A DNA stretch of 64,000 nt from Mobula hypostoma. Lineage: Eukaryota. The position numbers and the translations under genes are program-made. Location: the NCBI RefSeq assembly GCF_963921235.1, contig NC_086108.1, forward strand, positions 81,780,001 through 81,844,000. Direction: 5' to 3'. Positions 63,130 to 64,000 of this stretch are shown one piece after another (position 1 is the stretch's first letter; the number at the start of each line of letters is the position of its first letter). A model generated the notes under the pieces. That model was given only the letters and a program-made list of their open reading frames with translations. It made no database searches and had not been told where the DNA came from.

Positions 63130-64000
63130 AGTACATCAACATACGGGCGTTAGTCCATGCTAAAATCATTTCAACTGCCTACTTCCATCGACCTGCATTG
63201 GGTCCATAGTCCTCCATACCCCTACCATCCACGTATTTATCCAAACTTCTCTTAAACATTGAAATCAATCTCGCTTGCACCACTTGTGCTGGCAGCTCAT
63301 TCCACACTCCCACAACCCTTAGAAGTTTCCCCTCATGTTCCCCTTAAACTTTTCACCTTTCACCCTTAACTCATGAACTCTGCTTATTGTTCCACCCAAC
63401 CTGTGGAAAAAGCTTGCTTGCATTTACCCTATCTATACCCCTCATAATTTTGTATACCTCTATCAAATCTCCTCTTAATCTTCTGTGTCTTAGGGAATAC
63501 AATCCTAACCTATTGAATCTTTTCCTTATAATTCAGGTCCTCCGGTCCCGGCAACATCTTTGTAAATTTTCTCTGTACTCTTTCAACCTTGTTTACATCT
63601 TTCCTATAGTTAGGTGACCAAAACTCCACACGATACTCCAGATTAGATCTTACCAACGTCTTGTACAGCTTCAGCATAACATCCCATCTCCTGTGCTCAG
63701 TACATTGATTTATGAAGGCCAATGTACCAAAAGCTTTCTTTATGACCCTATCTACTTGTAAAGGCACTTGCAGTGAATTATGAATCTGTCTTCCCAAATC
63801 CCTTTGTTCTACCACAGGCCTTGGTGCCCCACCGTTCACTTTGTAAGACCCACTCTGGTTGGTCCGATCAAAGTGCAGTACCTTGTACTTGTCGGCATTG
63901 AATTCCACCTGCCGTTTTTCAGCCCATTTTTCCAGCTGATGCAGATCCCTCTACAAGCCATGATAGCCTTCCCTGCTGTTACACTACACCCCTAATCTTA
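63130..64000 (-). mobile_element. CR1 3' portion, runs off the window end
   Basis: MEFNADKYKVLHF...LKLYKTLVRSNLEYRVEFWSP on minus strand. Confidence 0.88.

Noticed and set aside
1..64000. CRISPR arrays, operons or prokaryotic defence systems
   Set aside because: The sequence is a spliced vertebrate gene with TE-rich introns; there is no repeat-spacer array or dense bacterial-style coding region.

Overview
Eukaryotic genomic DNA from a vertebrate; the repeat content suggests a cartilaginous fish, probably a ray or skate (inference). The window covers an internal part of one + strand gene, USP24 (ubiquitin carboxyl-terminal hydrolase 24). I found 19 consecutive coding exons between 1835 and 62880, all with AG/GT boundaries. 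They splice in frame into 2114 nt (704 codons plus 2 nt) of the region N-terminal to the catalytic domain. No start or stop codon lies in the window. The introns are dominated by transposable elements: many CR1 and Rex1/Babar LINE fragments, a near full-length decayed L1, a two-LTR Gypsy element with a tRNA-Trp-like primer binding site, a solo LTR, three Tc1 elements, Tigger- and hAT-derived MITEs, several SINE families, and Penelope-like (GIY-YIG) elements. Most supplied ORFs are TE fragments or noise. I found no new multi-gene system. The most interesting signals are a minimal hammerhead-ribozyme motif in the Penelope-like family, very short and inverted insertions of that family, a tRNA-derived SINE with a variable internal C-rich tract, and a CpG-rich non-coding retroelement nested in a Tc1. 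All homology assignments come from recalled family motifs, not from database searches.
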